Below, piece after piece: positions 33,332-35,101 of a stretch of DNA of 35,101 nucleotides. A model generated the notes under the pieces. It was given only the letters and a program-made list of their open reading frames with translations, was not told the DNA's origin and made no database searches. The position numbers and the translations under genes are program-made. The stretch is from Vicinamibacterales bacterium (GTDB lineage Bacteria > Acidobacteriota > Vicinamibacteria > Vicinamibacterales > CAVVIG01), in assembly GCA_051985095.1 (NCBI GenBank), contig JBPYEE010000054.1:1-35101 (forward strand), read 5' to 3'. How positions within the stretch are numbered: the stretch's first letter is position 1; each line of letters opens with the position of its first letter.

Positions 33332-35101
33332 CTAGATGCCCCCCACCACTCCCGACAGCCTCGTCGTCGGCGCCGGCACGAGCGGAACGACGTCGCCGAA
33401 CTCCACGTCGACGCTCGGCAGCGGCTCCGTGCTGTCGTCAGGATAGAGCGGCGCGTCGGCGGTGTCGGCCGTGCCCCACGTGACGTCCACGTCGATGCTC
33501 GTGCCCCACACGATGTTGTCGAAGGTATCGGCGTCGGTGCCCCACGCGATGTTGTCCAGCGGGTCGGCCGTCCCCCACACGATATTGTCCAGACTGTCGG
33601 CGCTGCCCCAGATGACGTTGGGGCAGTCCGCGCCGCCGCAATCGGTGCCCCACACGATGTTGCCGAGATCGTCGGTGCCCCAGACGATGTTGCCCAGGTC
33701 GTCGATCGATGTGCCCCACACGATGTTCAGCGCCGACAACACGCTTCCGGTGGTGTCGGCGGTCCCCCACACGATGTTGTCGCAGTTGTCGGCGCCGCAG
33801 TCGGTCCCCCAGACGATGTTCTGTCCGGAAACGCCCTGCGTGAGCGCGGTGCCCCAGACCACGTTAGTCGCCCAGGCGTTGCCGTGCGGGTTGAGGTACC
33901 CGCCGCCGATGACGTGGTTGCCCCAGATGATGTGGCGGCTCCAGATGGTCTGCGCCGGCATGACCGACCCGGGGCGGTTCGCGGCGTAGAATCGCGCCAG
34001 CATCACCGCGCCGAGGCTGTTCAGGAAGCCGGCCCCCTCGCGCAGCGCGCTGTAGCCCGGATAGATCTGCGCGGTGTATTGCAAAATGGCCTTGATCAAG
34101 TTGGGCGTCAGCGTCGGATTCGCCTGCAGCATCAATGCGACCGTGCCTGACACGACCGGCGCGGCCATGCTCGTGCCGGTCAGGGCCAGATACGGCTGAT
34201 AGCCGAGCGGGATCGATCCGCTGACCAGATACGCGGATTTCGTCGCGTAAAAGGTGCTTCCCGGCACCGCGAGCGAGATGGTGCCGGTTCCCGGCGCGAC
34301 CAGGTCAGGCTTCGCCGCGAAGTCGATGTAGGTTGGCCCCGAGGAACTGTAGTCGGCCATCGTGTCGTCGCTGCGCGTCAGCGTGCCCATCGTGCTCGAT
34401 GCCCCGACGGTAAGGACCCACGGCGCGTTGCCCGGCGCCGTGATGCCGCCCCACTGGAGCTGGCCCGCTGCGTTCTTTCCCAGATTGCCTGCCGCGGCCA
34501 CAACGGTGATGCCGAGGTCGGTCACCCGCTTGACGGCGATCGTCAACGGATCGGTCCAGTACGATTCATAAATCCCGGCGCCGACCGACACGTTCACGAC
34601 GCGGATGTTGTAGGCCTGGTAGTTCTGGGCGATCCAGGTCAGCGCCGCGATGATGTTGCTGATCGTGCCCCGGCCGTTGGCGTCGAGCACCTTGAGCGAG
34701 ATCAACGACGCGCCTGGCGCAATGCCTGCCTTCTGCCCGCTCGAGTCATATCCGTTGCCGAGGATGATGCCCGCCACATGGCTGCCGTGTCCGTTGTCGT
34801 CGTAGGGCTGCGTCTGACCGTTCACGAAATCGACGAACTGCGCGACGCGCTGGTTGCCGTACGGATAGACCGTTGCCGCCGTGTTCGTCAGGTCGTCGTG
34901 CCACGCCGCCACGCCCGAGTCGAGGGTCGCGATGGCGACGCCGGCGCCGGTGAGCCCGAAGTACTGCTGGACGAAGCGGGCGCCCACGGTCACCGCGGTC
35001 CGGTAATTTTGCGGCGCCAGCGGCCGGTTCTCGTGAACACGGAACACGTCGGGATGCGCGCTGAGCCTGGCAATCAGGGCGTCCGGGAGATCAAGCGTCA
35101 C
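33332..35101 (-). CDS. Subtilisin-like (S8) serine protease with a C-terminal N-I-V-W-G-T repeat region (partial; N-terminus lies beyond the right window edge)
   Basis: Catalytic triad contexts VAIATLDSGV (Asp), HGSHVAGII (His) and LTGTSMAAPVVSGTVALML (Ser), with oxyanion Asn in VNVSVG. The ORF is open to the window edge, and the first residues look like propeptide, so the 5' end is missing. Confidence 0.92.
   Translation of the reverse strand: MTLDLPDALIARLSAHPDVFRVHENRPLAPQNYRTAVTVGARFVQQYFGLTGAGVAIATLDSGVAAWHDDLTNTAATVYPYGNQRVAQFVDFVNGQTQPYDDNGHGSHVAGIILGNGYDSSGQKAGIAPGASLISLKVLDANGRGTISNIIAALTWIAQNYQAYNIRVVNVSVGAGIYESYWTDPLTIAVKRVTDLGITVVAAAGNLGKNAAGQLQWGGITAPGNAPWVLTVGASSTMGTLTRSDDTMADYSSSGPTYIDFAAKPDLVAPGTGTISLAVPGSTFYATKSAYLVSGSIPLGYQPYLALTGTSMAAPVVSGTVALMLQANPTLTPNLIKAILQYTAQIYPGYSALREGAGFLNSLGAVMLARFYAANRPGSVMPAQTIWSRHIIWGNHVIGGGYLNPHGNAWATNVVWGTALTQGVSGQNIVWGTDCGADNCDNIVWGTADTTGSVLSALNIVWGTSIDDLGNIVWGTDDLGNIVWGTDCGGADCPNVIWGSADSLDNIVWGTADPLDNIAWGTDADTFDNIVWGTSIDVDVTWGTADTADAPLYPDDSTEPLPSVDVEFGDVVPLVPAPTTRLSGVVGGI
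33468..33952 (-). repeat. In-frame array of about 13 N-I-V-W-G-T motifs with 4-11 residue spacers (coding repeat inside the S8 gene)
   Basis: On the plus strand, the 17-mer gtgccccacacgatgtt and close variants start at 33471, 33501, 33537, 33570, 33603, 33645, 33675, 33711, 33762, 33804 and 33849, with two degenerate copies near 33919 and 33941. The intervals are 30, 36, 33, 33, 42, 30, 36, 51, 42 and 45 nt, all multiples of 3. Confidence 0.9.

Noticed and set aside
33332-33470. The C-terminal tail of the S8 protease as a PEP-CTERM or similar sorting signal
   Set aside because: The tail (...VPLVPAPTTRLSGVVGGI) lacks the PEP motif, a hydrophobic helix and a basic terminus.
33468-33952. The repeated 17-mers as a CRISPR array or noncoding tandem repeat
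   Set aside because: All copies are in one reading frame with spacings that are multiples of 3. They encode a conserved NIVWGT motif inside a continuous protease ORF. The spacers are too short (13-34 nt) and no cas genes are present.

Overview
High-G+C bacterial chromosomal segment (about two-thirds G+C by eye; phylum not determinable from the sequence). I count about 29 protein-coding genes. I found no rRNA, tRNA, CRISPR array, transposase or integrase. Many long ORFs in the six-frame track are Arg/Ala/Pro-rich antisense or out-of-frame shadows typical of high-GC DNA, and I discarded them. Left end (minus strand): a complex I operon ordered nuoA-B-C-[GmhA-like SIS gene]-D-E-F-H. nuoH is missing from the ORF track and runs off the window, and there is no nuoG between nuoF and nuoH. 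Middle: a glycosyltransferase, a small coiled-coil protein, a 1578-aa Lhr helicase with a Nei/Fpg glycosylase nearby, FdhD, YajQ, a TreY gene broken by one in-frame TAG, a YdiJ-type FAD/Fe-S oxidase, a nucleotidyltransferase plus metallophosphoesterase pair, an orphan receiver protein and a HOT-type iron alcohol dehydrogenase. Right third (minus strand), the best candidate for an undescribed system: a tightly coupled five-gene unit. It encodes a PQQ dehydrogenase with an N-terminal cytochrome c domain, a haem-c protein with a PHM/DBH-like copper-ligand pattern, an unrecognisable secreted protein, an APC permease and a kynureninase-family enzyme. It is followed by a GNAT gene and a partial S8 protease whose C-terminal region holds about 13 irregularly spaced N-I-V-W-G-T repeats that I cannot assign to a named family. 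All functional calls rest on motif recognition by eye; no database search was possible.
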